Assembly (NCBI RefSeq): GCF_006345805.1
Contig: NW_021834480.1
Coordinates: 1-47,932, forward strand
Direction of reading: 5' to 3'
DNA length: 47,932 nucleotides
DNA from: Octopus sinensis
Taxonomy: Eukaryota
Shown: positions 11,053 to 23,823 of the stretch, piece by piece
How the letters are laid out: the number at the start of each line of letters is the position of its first letter
Position numbering within the stretch: the first letter of the stretch is position 1
The notes under the pieces: model-generated
What the model was told of the DNA's origin: nothing
The model's input: the letters and a program-made list of their open reading frames with translations, nothing else
Database searches by the model: none
Position numbers and translations under genes: made by a program

Positions 11053-14000
11053 TATATGTGTGTTTGTGTGTAGAAACTTCCCCAAGTGAAAATGAAACTG
11101 TCCAGGTTGATTTTAAAAGCTTCCACAGCATACGAGAAGTGATGTAACTGAAATTGAACCAAAATCACTTAAAACTTCAGTCTGCCGGAAGCTTTTTGTC
11201 CCCGGCCACTTCTAAATCAGGAAATGAGTCATTGAAATACACAGTTAGTCATGGTTACAAAGGTTGATTCAATAACAGATTAGACTGACGCCGTTTTATC
11301 TATTAATAACTCTGTTACAAATAGCATTTGTTGTCCACAAGATAACAGGTTTCACAAGAGAAATGGTTATTATCTTCCAGACATCTTCATAAGTTTTAAA
11401 GTACCCAATGATTTCCTGTTCACTTGGTACAGAAGGAACTTCTTGTTCAGTTTTATCTATGGGCACAGAGGTGCAGCTAAGAAGTTTGCTTCTCAACCAT
11501 GTAGTTTTGTGTTCGTTCCCACAGCATGGTACCTTGAGCAAGTGTCTTCTACTATGGTCTTGGGCCAGCCAAAGCTATCATCATCACTTAACGTCCGCTT
11601 TCCATGCTAGCATGGGTTGGATGATTTGACTGAGGTCTGGCGAACCAGACTCCAATCTGATCTGGCAGAGTTTCTACAGCTGGATACCCTTCCTAATGCC
11701 AACCACTCTGAGAGTGTATTGGGTGCTTTTACATGCCACCGGCACAAGGACCAGTTTGGTGGTACTGGCAACGGCCACACCCAAATGGTGCTTTTTACGT
11801 GCCACCTGCACTGGCGACGACCTCGCTCGAATATTTCACATGCTGAATTTTGTAGGCAGAAACTTGAAGAAGCCCATTGTGTGTTATTATAAATAAACAA
11901 TAAAGACAGAGTAATTGGCTTATATACTCTTTTACTTGTTTCAGTCATTTGACTGTGACCATGCTAGAGCACTGCCTTTAGTTGAGCAAATTGACTAAAG
12001 GACTTATTCTTTGTAAGCCTAATACTTATTCTATTGGACTGAGTGTGTTCATGGAAATTTGGTTGCTTTTTCTTGTAAATCAACCAACAGCATAGAGGTT
12101 TCATTTTGGTTTATCTCGTGCTTTGTCACAATGATTTAGCAAAATTACCCACAGGCATCATTTATATAAAGAAAATATAAGTCACGCTACAGCTGTCATA
12201 TTTAACATAATGAGGAAACCAAATATCTATATATATATATATATGAGAGTATGATAGAGGAAGGCCAACTCTTCCTTCCGTAGAAGAAAAAATTCAAATC
12301 GGACCATGCTAACACCAAAAATTATTTACATCAAAAAGGTGCCTTTTTTCTATGAAAATCCCTGTTTTTTACAATGTTTTGACTGCTGTGTCGTCATTTT
12401 TCGGTGTATTACAGACTGCCAAATTTTTACTTTTCAAAAATTCCAATTCTAAAGGGTCGAAACAAACCACAACGCCGGGCGAAACTGTTAGTATTTAACA
12501 ATACTTAAGCTGTAAGGAGAATAAAACATTCGTACTATGGTTAATATTAATTTGACTGAAAGCCTCTTAAGCATAGCATACTAATTAAGGAAGCAGTGCT
12601 TTTATGCCTGCACCCAATAAAGTTGATGGTTTTTCACATATATCCTTCTTCTGCACAAGTCACATCCAGCTATGATCAAATGACAGTGCAGTGGACGTGT
12701 GTGTGTGTGTGTGTGTAATTTTATTCTTGTACTTGTTTCAGTCATTTGACTGTGGCCATACTGGGGCACTGCCTTAAGGGTTTTTTTAGTCAAAGAAATC
12801 AACCCTAGAACCTTATTCTTTGTAAGCTTAGTACTTATTCTATGTCCCTTTTGCTGAACTGCTAGTTGCAGGGACGTAAACACACCAACATTGGTTGTTA
12901 AGTGATGGCTGGGGGGGGGGGAGGCAAACATAGACACACAAGCATAAATATATATATATGTATTTTTCAGTTTCCATCTATCAAACCCACTCACAAGGCT
13001 TTGGTTAGCTTGAGGCTATAGTAGAAGACACTTGCCCAAGGTGCCATGGAGTGTGATTGAACCCAGAACCATGTGGTTCATAAGCAAGCTTCATGCCACA
13101 CAGCTGCGCCTGTGCCCACAAATATATCTTTTATCTTTTACTTGTTTCAGTCATTTGACTGCGGCCATGATGGGGCACTGCCTTGGAAATTTTTCTTTAG
13201 TTGAATGAACCAACCCCAGCACTTATTATTTTAGCCTGGTACTTATTCTATTGGTATCTTTTGCTGAACTGCTAAGTTGCAGAGAAACAAACACACCAAC
13301 ACTGGTTATCAAGTGGTGGTGGGGGGGGGGGACAAACACGTGTGTGTATATTCTTATACTTGTTTGTCCTTTGACTGCAGCCATGCTGGAGCACTGCCTT
13401 TAGTCAAGCAAATTGACCCCAGGACTTATTCTTTGTAAGCCTAGTACTTATTCTATTGGTCTCTTTTGCTGAACCGCTAAGTTACGGGGACATAAACACA
13501 CCAGCATTGGATGTCAAGTGATGTTGGGGGGACAAACAGAAACACACACATACATATATATATATATAATGGGTTTCTTTCAGTTTCTGTCTACCAAATC
13601 CACTCACAAGGCTTTGATCGGCCCAAGGTTATATAGAAGGCACTTGCCCAAGGTTCCATGCAGTGGGACTGAACCTGGAACCATGTGGTTGGTAAGCAAG
13701 CTACTTACCACACAGCCACTCCTACGCATTATTCATTACTTTACATCATTTCATGTCTATTTTCCCATTCTTGCATGATGAAAATATGTTGGAAAGAGCT
13801 TTCTAAGGCTGGATGCCAACCCTCACCCATTTCCGAGTGAGGCAATAATCTTCCAGTCTACTGAACTGTCTGAACATGCTTATGTGGAGAACTGGAAACA
13901 AACACTGAAATGTGGTTTCTGTATATAAAGATTACACATGTCAAGACTATATTGGATATTCTTTCATAGTGGACTGCAAGTTGTTAGATTGTAAAAATGG

Positions 14001-14352
14001 TTTTCTCTAAATTTTATCAGTGCCAGTGGCACGTAAAAAGCACCCACTACACTCACGGAGTGGTTGGTGTTAGGAAGGGCATCCAGCTGTAGAAACACTG
14101 TCAGATCAGACTGGGCCTGGTGCAGCCTCCTGGCTTCCCAGACCCCAGTCGAACCATCCAACCCATGCTAGCATGGAAAACGGACGTTAAACGATGATGA
14201 TGATGATGATAGTCCACATTAACACGAAACAAGGTTGAGCCATTGCAGGGTAACCTTGAAAAGAAATCCTACAATGACCAACAAAGCAGAGATATCTTCA
14301 AGCAAATAACAAGGAAGAAAAAAACGAACATTTTGTACAATTTTATAGCTTT

Positions 14353-14491
14353 TTAAAATTCCATTATTTCAGAATCTGGCTTCAATGGTTGTGTTTCAAC
14401 ATGAACAGTCTTTGGGGCAATATAGGAACCCATACCAGCTGCTCTTTCAGCTTCTGCTTGACTGTAAGGTTCGGTTTTCAATTCCTTAATT
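14353..14491 (-). CDS. ZNF593: ZNF593/BUD20 coding exon 3 (terminal)
   Basis: Acceptor ttttatttgcag; encodes (R)[23 protein letters not shown]...MEF*, with the family motif '[17 protein letters not shown]'. Joined CDS 200+63+139=402 nt, 133 aa. Confidence 0.95.
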
Positions 14492-14623
14492 CTGCAAATA
14501 AAATAAAAAAACAAAAGCTTCAATAAAAATATAGTGAGAGACTTCAACTGAGCCCCACCACCACCACCTTTCCTTATACTATCAGTATTCTATTGAAGCA
14601 GAAAGTAACCCTGAACCCTTTAA

Positions 14624-14842
14624 CCCTTTAGTATTTAAACCAGCCATATCCGGCCAAAATAGTTAATCTGTTTTATGTTCAAACTGACCAGATCCAGGCT
14701 CTCACACCTACCCTACAATGTTATTCTACATTAAGTAATTACACCATCAAGCTCTTGAAGATATGAGATAATGCATGATTAATTCAAATCAATGGGAATC
14801 AATAAGCATTATGTTTGATAGAATAATCTGAACACTAAAGGG
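14624..14842. mobile_element. piggyBac-like MITE, second family (fragments near 15750, 18600, 40100, 40325-40740)
   Basis: TTAA|CCCTTTAGT...ACTAAAGGG|TTAA. Confidence 0.8.
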
Positions 14843-14944
14843 TTAAGGGACAACGATTAATAATAAACAATAAATTACTGCTATGCAGAAAACTAAATTC
14901 TCTTAAAAAGCAGACTGCACTTTACATTCAGATAACTCCGAACA

Positions 14945-15385
14945 TGGCCGTTGCCAGCGCCGCCCGACTGGCCTCTGTGACATAAAAAGCACCATCCGAT
15001 CGTGGCTGTTGCCAGCCTCCGTGCCGGTGGCACGTAAAAAGCACCATCCGATCATGGCTGTTTTCCAGCCTCGTCTGGCACCTGAGCTGGTGGCACGTAA
15101 ACAGCACCATCCGATCATGGCTGTTTTCCAGCCTCGTCTGGCACCTGTGCTGGTGGCACGTAAACAGCACCATCCGATCATGGCTGTTTTCCAGCCTCGT
15201 CTGGCACCTGTGCTGGTGGCACATAAAAAGCACCCACTACACTCTCGGAGTGGTTGGCGTTAGGAAGGGCATCCAGCTGTAGAAACACTGCCAGATCAGA
15301 CTGGGCCTGGTGCAGCCTTCTGGCTTCCCAGACCCCAGTTGAACCGTCCAACCCATGCTAGCATGGAAAGCGGACGCTAAACGAT
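14945..15385 (+). mobile_element. (GAT)n-tailed SINE family with internal ~61-bp tandem repeats (also near 2255, 9549, 10397, 11577, 14020, 19355, 42108)
   Basis: Shared GTTAGGAAGGGCATCCAGCTGTAG...CATGCTAGCATGGAAA..GGACGTTAAACGATGATG 3' end; variable number of GGCACGTAAA..GCACCATCCGATC units. Confidence 0.88.
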
Positions 15386-15579
15386 GAAACAATGTCTATT
15401 TATTCACTTTGTTTTGGATTATCATCATCATTTAACGTCTGTGGTCCATGCTGGCATGGGTTGGATGGTTTGACCAGAGACGGTAAGCTGAGGAGCTGCA
15501 CTAGGCTCCAGTCTGATTTGGCATGGTTTCTATGGCTGGATGCCCTTCCTAACACCAAGCACTTTACAGAGTGAGCCCT

Positions 15580-15748
15580 GCACAGGTGCTTTTACATCAC
15601 ACCACATGAGTACTTTTATGTGGCACCACACGGACACTTTTACGTGGCACTCCACAAGTACTTTTACGTGACACTGCACAGCTACTTTGTGACACTGCAC
15701 AGGCACTTTTACGCGACACCGCACAAGTGCTTTTACATGGCATTGCAT
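15580..15748. repeat. About 22-24-bp minisatellite inside a SINE variant
   Basis: About 7 units of (G/T)ACTTTTACGTG(G/A)CAC...CACA. Confidence 0.7.
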
Positions 15749-16486
15749 GGCTTTGAGATTTCAAATGATGTGATTGTTTATTTTTAGAATGATATTGCAG
15801 GGTGTGTTGAGAGGCCAGATTTAACCAGGTTGAACACAGGAACAGAATACTGGGCCAGATAGGGTGATTTAAATGCTAAAGATCTGTCCTCACTCAAGGT
15901 CTTCACCAACAATATTCAATCAGAAGGGATATATTGTGTATTAATTCTCCTGCAGTCCTATGGAGAAGAGGCAATTAATAACGATTTTCCCACAATTCTC
16001 TTTCCTAGCAGCTCCCTTTCACATTTTGCTGCACCACACCATATGTTTCCCCGAGGAAAGATTTTCCTCCTAATTATTCTTGGTTTTGATTGTCATCAAT
16101 GCTTCTGTACCTTTGATTTTTTTTTTCCAGGGAGAGGTGTTGGCACTATGCAAATCCATTTTTACCTCTGGGTAGAGTGGTCCATATACGACTAGTGACC
16201 TGTCCAGATGGGAGGCCCCTACCAGGAACTTGCACTTTGGTGGCATAGCAAGCAACAACACTGCAACAAGGACAGCACCTTCTGATAGATTATGAATTGT
16301 TTAGTTCATATGAATTGAAATCTACAATGAAATGAGATAGACGAATCTACGTCCCACATTTATGAAGAGGTAATGAATCTGTAAATTGTGGGCTCAGCAT
16401 TAAGAGCCCCTCATGCCAATACAAGTAAACACAGGGAGTTAAAACACAAAACTGACATTGCAAAAAACAAACAGTAAAGTACTGTT

Positions 16487-16898
16487 GGATATTTTCGGTT
16501 TGAGCGGCAGTTTTTTTTAATAATTTCCACGTAACTAAACACTTTTAAACTTCGTATACTGGTAGAATGTGTTTATAAAACATCTTTTTCTCTTGGCTTT
16601 CTTGAGAAAATTCTATAGTTTGTAAGATATTTGTTGTTGTTGTTTCTTCAATTTCTGCAATTTCAACCAATCACTGACGTCCATTGAGGTGAAAACATTC
16701 TGTGCCGTATGAATATGTCTCTCGTTTAAGAAACAGATTGGGTTTATTTACATTTCTGAAGAAAAAAAGATACCCTTCCCCCAACCCCTAACCCTAAAAC
16801 AGATTGAAATGCAATAGATCGATACTAGGGTCATAATTATGAGTAACAATTTCATATGACACCGCTAGAAAAAACTGCCGTTCAAACCGAAGACATCC
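16487..16898. mobile_element. Merlin-like MITE (GG termini, 8-bp TSD)
   Basis: TIR GGAT(C/A)TTTTCGGTTTGA(A/G)CGGCAGTTTTT; perfect TSD GTACTGTT. Confidence 0.85.
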
Positions 16899-17255
16899 GT
16901 ACTGTTTCAAGTTTTTATTTTTCCCGTTTTTCCTTATCTTTTATTGTTTCTGCCAGACTTCAAACCTACAGTGTTAAACGAAGTAACGGCCACGAACCAA
17001 CAAAATTCAAATTAAACTTGTAATTTTTATCTCCCTCAGACAACAAGACAAAGTCAACTCGTTCGAATTCCTCCCCTGCCCCCAACACACACATCACGAA
17101 TTAAATAAATTTCCTATCGCGCCGTTTAAAAGTACATGCGAGGTTAAATTTAAGGGAGGTAACTCTACGAAACCAGTTGTAAGCGCTAGCTGAAGATTTT
17201 GATTCACTTCGTCCCTTCTCTAACTCGATTTCTGTTGAAATACATGAATATTTTC

Positions 17256-17605
17256 GGATCTTTTCGGTTTGAACGGCAGTTTTTTTAAAATAATTTCCAC
17301 GTAACTAAACACTTTTAAACTTCGTATACTGGTAGAATGTGTTTATAAAACATCTTTTTCTCTTGGCTTTCTTGAGAAAATTCTATTATTTGTAAGATAT
17401 TTGTTGTTTTTTTCTTCAATTTCTGCAATTTCAACCAATCACTGACATCTATTGAGGTAAAAAAAAACATTCTGTGCCGTATGAATATGTCCCACGTTTA
17501 AGAAACAGATTGAAATGCAATAGATCGATACTAGGGACATAATTATGGGTGACAATTTCATATGACACCGCTAGAAGAAAACTGCCGTTCAAACCGAAAA
17601 GATCC
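17256..17605. mobile_element. Merlin-like MITE, same family, internally deleted
   Basis: Perfect TIRs GGATCTTTTCGGTTTGAACGGCAGTTTT; no clear TSD. Confidence 0.85.
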
Positions 17606-18070
17606 GTGCTTTGTTTCAACTAATTTTGAAATAATGAATTTAGTAAAATAATTTTGTCATTATTAAGCTGGTATTCAGAACAAAATAGCATGGAAGGTTT
17701 TAATTTACTTTCCTTTAAAACGGGAAGTTTGCATCATAGAACCAATTTCAAGTGGGTTTATATCCAAACGGTTAAATATACGATCAGATATCTTTTCATT
17801 CACCAACGACAAACAGCAATGAGTTACCATTATCACAGATTTGTTTAAATAGGTCTGACTCGTTTGAATGCTTTGTTTAAATTTTAAATCTACTTCCTCC
17901 ATCTAAGCTGACTGAAATATTCCATTCCCATGTAGTAAAAAGTTTTGGTGAGAGCTGAATGAGTGACCTCCAGTATATTACAGGTACTTATTTCTTTGAA
18001 CAGATGATAGGCTAAATAAAAACTCCACTAGAATATGAATTCATAAAAAAGCTGAATCAAACTAAATAGT

Positions 18071-18240
18071 GTTCTATATTTAAGAGATGAGGAATTGTGT
18101 ACATTATTTACATTTGACGGATATTTGTCCTCATCTTGTTTGTTGTTAACATAACGTTTCAGCTGATATACCCTCCAGCCTTCATCAGGTGTCTTGGGGA
18201 ACTTTCAAACCTGGGTTCTCATTCCTAAGGTATTTTTCGA
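18071..18240 (-). mobile_element. Penelope-like element, family A, hammerhead motif 18148-18193
   Basis: GACAC-CTGATGA-A-GGCTG[GAGGGTATAT]CAGCT-GAAA-CG-TT-ATGTT; same sequence family as 9871, 18735 and 46525. Confidence 0.8.
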
Positions 18241-18734
18241 CGTTATTATTGTTATTGACTGCCTGGAATCAAACTTGGAATCTTGGGGTTAGTAGCCCAC
18301 GCTCATAACCACTACACCGTATGCCCGTGAGCAATTATGGAGTGAATTAGTGTTAGGAGAATTAAGGATAGGAGAATATGAGATTTATAAGTCCGAAAAT
18401 TCAAAAATTCACTCCATAATGACACTCTCTCTTTCTTTCTTTCTCTCACGCGCACGAGAGTGCAAAGTTTGCTTCCCAACCACATGGTTCCGGGTTCGGA
18501 TCCCCGACGTGGCACCTTGGCCAAGTGTATTCTACTGTAGACCCGACCAAAGCTTTGTGAGTGGATTTCCGGAAACGAAAAGAAGCCCATGATATGTAAT
18601 CAAAATCTCGAAGCTACGAGATAATACATGATTAATTCAAAACCATGTGGATAAATAAGCATCACATTTGACAGAGTAATCTGAATGAGAAGAGGTTGAA
18701 TATACCTTGTGGTAAATAATAATAATAACAGCAT

Positions 18735-18860
18735 CAAAAATACCTTAGGAATGAGAATCCAGGTTCGAAATTTCCCTCCCAAGACACCTGATGAAGCTGA
18801 AACGTTGTGTTAACAACAAACAAGATGAGGACAAATCCGTCAATTGTAAATAATGTAAAC
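18735..18860 (+). mobile_element. Penelope-like element, family A, hammerhead with stem II deleted (18783-18811)
   Basis: GACAC-CTGATGA-AGCT-GAAA-CG-TT-GTGTT; opposite orientation to the 18071 copy. Confidence 0.75.
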
Positions 18861-20278
18861 TAAGTATTTCTTCCAAATTTTTGGCACAAGGCCAGCAATT
18901 TCAGGAGAGGATGTAAATTGATTATATCAACCCCAGTGTGCAACTGGTACTTATTTTACTGATCCCCTAAAGGATGACAGGCAAAGTCAACCTTGGCAGA
19001 ATTTGAACACAGAATGTAAAGACAGACGACATGCTGCTAAGCATTTTTCCTGGCATGCTAATGATTCTGCCAGCTTGCCACCTCAGAATTAAACTAGATA
19101 CTGTAACATTTTTTAGTCTGGTATGTTACTGTAGCAACTCATCCTCAAAGTATATCTAAAACACAACATCCATAGAATGATTTCAACAAAGACCTGCGTT
19201 TTAAAATCTCAAATCGCCAAGAATTACAGTAAAGGAAGCAATGAACATCATCATAAAGTGTGAATTGGGTCTACAATCTGGATGTGATAGCAACTTCCAG
19301 TAAATACCCTTAGAACATCATCACCGTTTAATGTCCACTCTTCCATACTTGCACTTATGCATACCTTTCCTTCTTGGAACACAAAACTCTACTTGCAAAG
19401 ACCTGTTGAGGCAAGTGAAAATCAAAATCGATCAACATCAATGGAAATTGTAGCTGTGATACCAGTGCTGGTGGCACATAAGAGAACCATCCGAACGTGG
19501 CCATTGCCAGCGCCGTGCCGGTGGGACGTAAAAGGCACCATCCGATCGTGGCTGTTGCCAGCCTCATCTGGCACCTGTGCTGGTGGCACGTAAAAAGCAC
19601 CCACTACACTCACAGAGTGGTTGGCATTAGGAAGGGCATCCAGCCGTAGAAACATTGCCAGATCAGACTGGGCGTGGTGCAGCCTTCTGGCTTCCCAGAC
19701 CCCAGTTGAACCGTCCAACCCATGCTAGCATGGAAAGCGGAGGCTAAACGAAGATGATGATGATGCATGGGTCAGATGGAATTTACTGAAGTAGATTTTC
19801 TATAGCCAGATGCCCTTCCTGGTGCCAACCAGGTTTCCAAGCAAGGAAATATTTCTCCATGGCTAAACATCATCATTTAACGTCTGTTGTCCATGCTGGC
19901 ATGGGTTGGACAGTTTGGCCAGGGCTGGCAAGCTGAGGGGCTGCACCAGATTCCAGTCTGATTTGGCATGGTTTCTATGGCCGGATGCCCTTCCTAATGC
20001 CATGTGGCAGAATGTTGGTCAAGACAAAGAAACACAAATATACACACACATGATGGGATTCTTGCATTTTCCATGCTTGACCAAATCCACTCACAAGGCT
20101 TCAGTTGGCCTGGGGCTATAGTAGATGACACTTGCCTAAGGTACCACACAGTGGAACTGAACCAAAAAACAATGTTTGGAAAGCAAACTTCCATGATTAA
20201 TTCTACCCCTAATCTTATCCTCACCAACCCCTAAAACAGTCATAAATAAACAAACAATACAATAAAACACCAACTGAC

Positions 20279-20341
20279 CTTCGTTTATGGGGTTTGCCCC
20301 TAAAATGTTCTTTCAAGGCAAAATTGCTGATGAAATATTTC
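20279..20341 (-). CDS. ZNF593: ZNF593/BUD20 coding exon 2 (not in ORF track)
   Basis: Acceptor tgtcttttacag; encodes (S)KYFISNFALKEHFRGKPHKR(R), completing the zinc finger; donor GTCAGT at 20278. 63 nt, phases match exons 1 and 3. Confidence 0.93.
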
Positions 20342-20396
20342 CTGTAAAAGACAAAAACAGGGAACATGGGATAAAATTCTTAATTCATTCTTTTCT

Positions 20397-20872
20397 TGGT
20401 ATTCAAATCTAAGTAGAGACTTCAAACTTGAAACATTCAAAGCCACAGTCGAACCAGTTCTACTTATATGGCTCAGAAACCTGGATGTTATCAAAGAAGC
20501 TTGAGAGGCGGTTGGATGGAACTTACACTCGCCTCCTTATGAGAGCTCAAAATCTCTCGTGGAAGCGTCATCCAACCAAAGTACAAATATATGGGAAATT
20601 ACCACCTGTATCATCTCTTGTGAAAGGTAGAAGAGTCCAGTTTGCTGGACATTGTTGTAGAGCTGAAAACGAGGTAATTTCTACTCTTCTCCTCTGGAAG
20701 CCATCTGCTCGCGATACCGGAGGGCGCACACTCTCCTACCCTGATGTAATCTCCAGAGATACAGGCATCCAGCAACAGGACCTCCGTAATGCTATGATGG
20801 ACCGTGAAGTCTGGTGTAACATAGTAAATTCCATTGTCTCGACCACGGTCGAACAATGATGATGATGATGAT
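20397..20872 (+). mobile_element. 5'-truncated RTE-clade LINE 3' end with (TGA)n tail
   Basis: FKATVEPVLL/YGSETW...LDGTYTRLLMRAQNLSW...RRVQFAGHC...DREVW matches the RTE ORF C-terminus; one frameshift; stop followed by tgatgatga. Confidence 0.9.
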
Positions 20873-21936
20873 GGCCAAATTGATAGGGAAGTGGACGAAA
20901 CAGTTGAAACATCACTAGTCCACATGGTGGCCGCAAGACAGTATTATATCCACAGTCAAAACAAACTCCTGAGTGACAGATTCCATGGTCAAATCTGACA
21001 AAACAAACACATTTATGATCAAAGATCATTCTAGCCTTGACTGTACCACCTTTTCTCCTGGAAGTGTACTATGGACGACATCTTCAAATGTGTCTTTTCA
21101 TAATGAAGTAGGGTGTGGTTTAAAGGAAACTTGACTGTTATTTCTAGCGATTCAAACAACCTCACAAAGGTAGCTTCATTGGCTTGAGATAGCAGTAAGT
21201 AGATTCCAGAGAATAGGAACAACTTTTTTTTTGTTGTTGCAAGCAGTGGCAGTACTGTAAAAGTGATGAGTGTTTCCTTCCTTTGAAATTCTGAATTTTC
21301 AACCTCCTTTGAAAATATGGCCAGAAAAATTAACACCCGCCTCTTATATAAAAGTCACAAGACTCTTCCTACACCACTGGTTTAAATTCAAGATTTAGTT
21401 AATTATGGAAAATGTGCCTTTGTGTCCTGAGTTCAAATCCTGTCCAGGGTACATTTTGGTTTTCATCCACTGAAGGTCAACATAATTGACTAAGCCTTAG
21501 GAGGAGCTCCAGTATGGTCACAGTCTGATGACTGAAACCAATGAAAGATATCCAAATGGCTCAACTGCTGCTACTCTCTCAATTTCACACCTGAACAACT
21601 CATCTCAAAGAAACCAGGTAAACTCCCAGACAGGTTCCATATATTTTATTTAATTATACAATAAAAAGACGTATTTTGTTGGATATAGACTTCCGATGGA
21701 TTTATTGTATTTCTGAGAGTGAGGGTAGCAAGAGATTGTTTATCTTAACTTGGCAGGACAATTACCATACGGGGTATTTTTCTTTCAATGCACCGGGTTT
21801 GGGAGTTTTCTAGCAAATCTTTTGCTTAAAGCAGGGTCTAACCTTAGTATGGGTACTATGTAACTCAGAACAATTAGTCCTAATGTTAAATGCTCAATAA
21901 CTAAGCAGTACCTCCCGAATTTATAGGTGAGAAGGG

Positions 21937-22313
21937 TGATCTTTTCACTTTGACCGGCAGATTTTTAAAATTATTTCTTTGTAACTAAACACTTTTAAAC
22001 TTCGTATACTGGTAGAATGTGTTACATAAAACATCTTTTTCTCTTGGCTTTCTTGAGAAAATTCTGTAGTTTGTAAGCTATTTGTTGTTTAATTTCTTGC
22101 ATTTTGGCAATTTCAACCAATCAATGACGTCTATGAGGTGAATACAATTTCTCCAGATCTTTGTCAGCAACATTTATTTGCGGTGTGATATGAATCTGTC
22201 ACTGATATTTATGAGAAAAATAGATACCCTGTGGCCATAAACTGAGGGGTCTCTCGTAAACAAAGTTACAAAGAAATTATTTTAAAAATCTGCCGGTCAA
22301 AGCGAAAAGATCC
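21937..22313. mobile_element. Merlin-like MITE, related subfamily
   Basis: TIR GATCTTTTCRCTTTGACCGGCAGATTTTTAAAA; TSD GAGAAGGG. Confidence 0.8.
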
Positions 22314-22583
22314 GAGAAGGGTGTTTGGATTAAGAATAAAACGTGTCAAAGGGTAGATGAATCTATTCTCGTTAAGAAGCCAATACCCTATTATTACAGC
22401 CTGTATAGACACACTATATATTCTTTTAGTTTTTAATCATGTGTGTGTGTGTGTATACACACCGATACAAGTAGATATTATATATGTGTTTATGTGTGAT
22501 ATATTCTTTTACTAGTTTTTAAACAGCATCCATAGTAGGTACATCATTCAGGTATATATATATGTGTGTATGTATGTGTGTAT

Positions 22584-23148
22584 ATCGACTACTTACGACT
22601 AGCTGGCGCGGACGCGCGACTGCGCGTGTGCGAGCACCGGGTCCAGTCTTCGCTAGTAGTACCCAAAAGATGTCCGGCCATTTACAATAAAGAATTCAGA
22701 AATTGAACCAAAGTTCTTCCAAAATCGATCCCCCCCCTCCTACGCCTAAATTTTATCAAGAAATTTGTAATCTACACCCTCGCGACAAAATGTCATTAAA
22801 GGCTGTTCGTTTTAAATATAGTTATGAGGAAATAAAGTCAGTGGGTAGTGGTGGCGGGGTTATCAGGAGTTATGTCAATTGATTGACCCTGCTAAATTCG
22901 GAGGACTATGTGGGTACTACTTGAGAACAGTGGCCCCGGTGCGCGCACTGGCGTACTCGCGCATCCTCACTATCTAGTCGTGACTAGTCGATCCTACGAT
23001 TACCTAGCAAAATAAAACACAAAATAATTTTTTTAAAACAAAGTAAATAAAACAAAAACAAAAAGGATCGACTAGTCACGACTAGCTAGAGCAGATGCGC
23101 GACTACGCGAGTGCGCGCACCGGGACCACTGTTCTCAAGTAGTACCAC
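22584..23148. mobile_element. CpG-rich long-TIR MITE (22584-22994) plus an extra solo TIR (23065-23148)
   Basis: Three copies of the ~85-bp arm GGATCGACTAGTCACGACTAG...GTAGTACC in alternating orientation. Confidence 0.75.
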
Positions 23149-23198
23149 TATGTGTAAATCCATGGCAGACCAAGAGGAAGAAATAAATAAAAGAATCT

Positions 23199-23798
23199 GG
23201 CGTAACTTCGGTATAGGTACCGGATACATTTCAAGAAAGTGTTTTTTTTTATATATATGGGGGGGGGGTTAGGGTTTGTGTTAAGGTAAGGGTTAGGTTT
23301 AGGGGTGGGAGAAAAGGATTTCTGGGCGATCTTTCGCCTCTAGTAGACCTTTCCGTCGATTTCCGTAAAAATTTTTTTTTTTTTACATATGGGCTTGCGG
23401 GAGCTTTTGAAGTAATATACATACATATACACATACACCGAGTAAAAAATTTCAGTTATTTCTCTCTTTCACACACACTAACAGAAGCACTTCACTTACA
23501 CAACATACTGTCTGTCTCCCACACCCCATCAAACACACACACACATGTACATCAATGCTTCACATGCACGGTAACTTCAAAAGAACTTCCCTCGTCATAC
23601 AATCGCTTTCTCTTAGTCTCTTTCGCTCTCATTACTTCAAAAGTTCCCGCAAGCCCATATGTAAAAAAAAAAAAAATTTTTTTTACGGAAATCGACGGAA
23701 AGGTCTACTAGAGACGAAAGATTGCCGATTTCTGTTACCTTCAGAAATGTAAACAAAGCCACTTCCTGTACTTACGGTACCTATACCGAAGGATCGCC
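23199..23798. mobile_element. Nested GG-terminal MITEs (inner element 23325-23726)
   Basis: Outer TIR GGCG..CTTCGGTATAGGTACCG with TSD AAGAATCT/AAGAGCCT; inner ~90-bp TIRs with perfect TSD GATTTCTG. Confidence 0.8.
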
Positions 23799-23823
23799 AA
23801 GAGCCTGGCGGTTTCTTACTTAC

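Noticed and set aside
12290-12493. Possible Helitron 3' end (AACGCCGGGCGAAACTGTTAGT)
   Set aside because: Terminal CTAG is mutated and the hairpin incomplete; too weak to call.
14492-14547. N-terminal part of ORF 14353..14547
   Set aside because: Intronic read-through upstream of the true acceptor at 14492.
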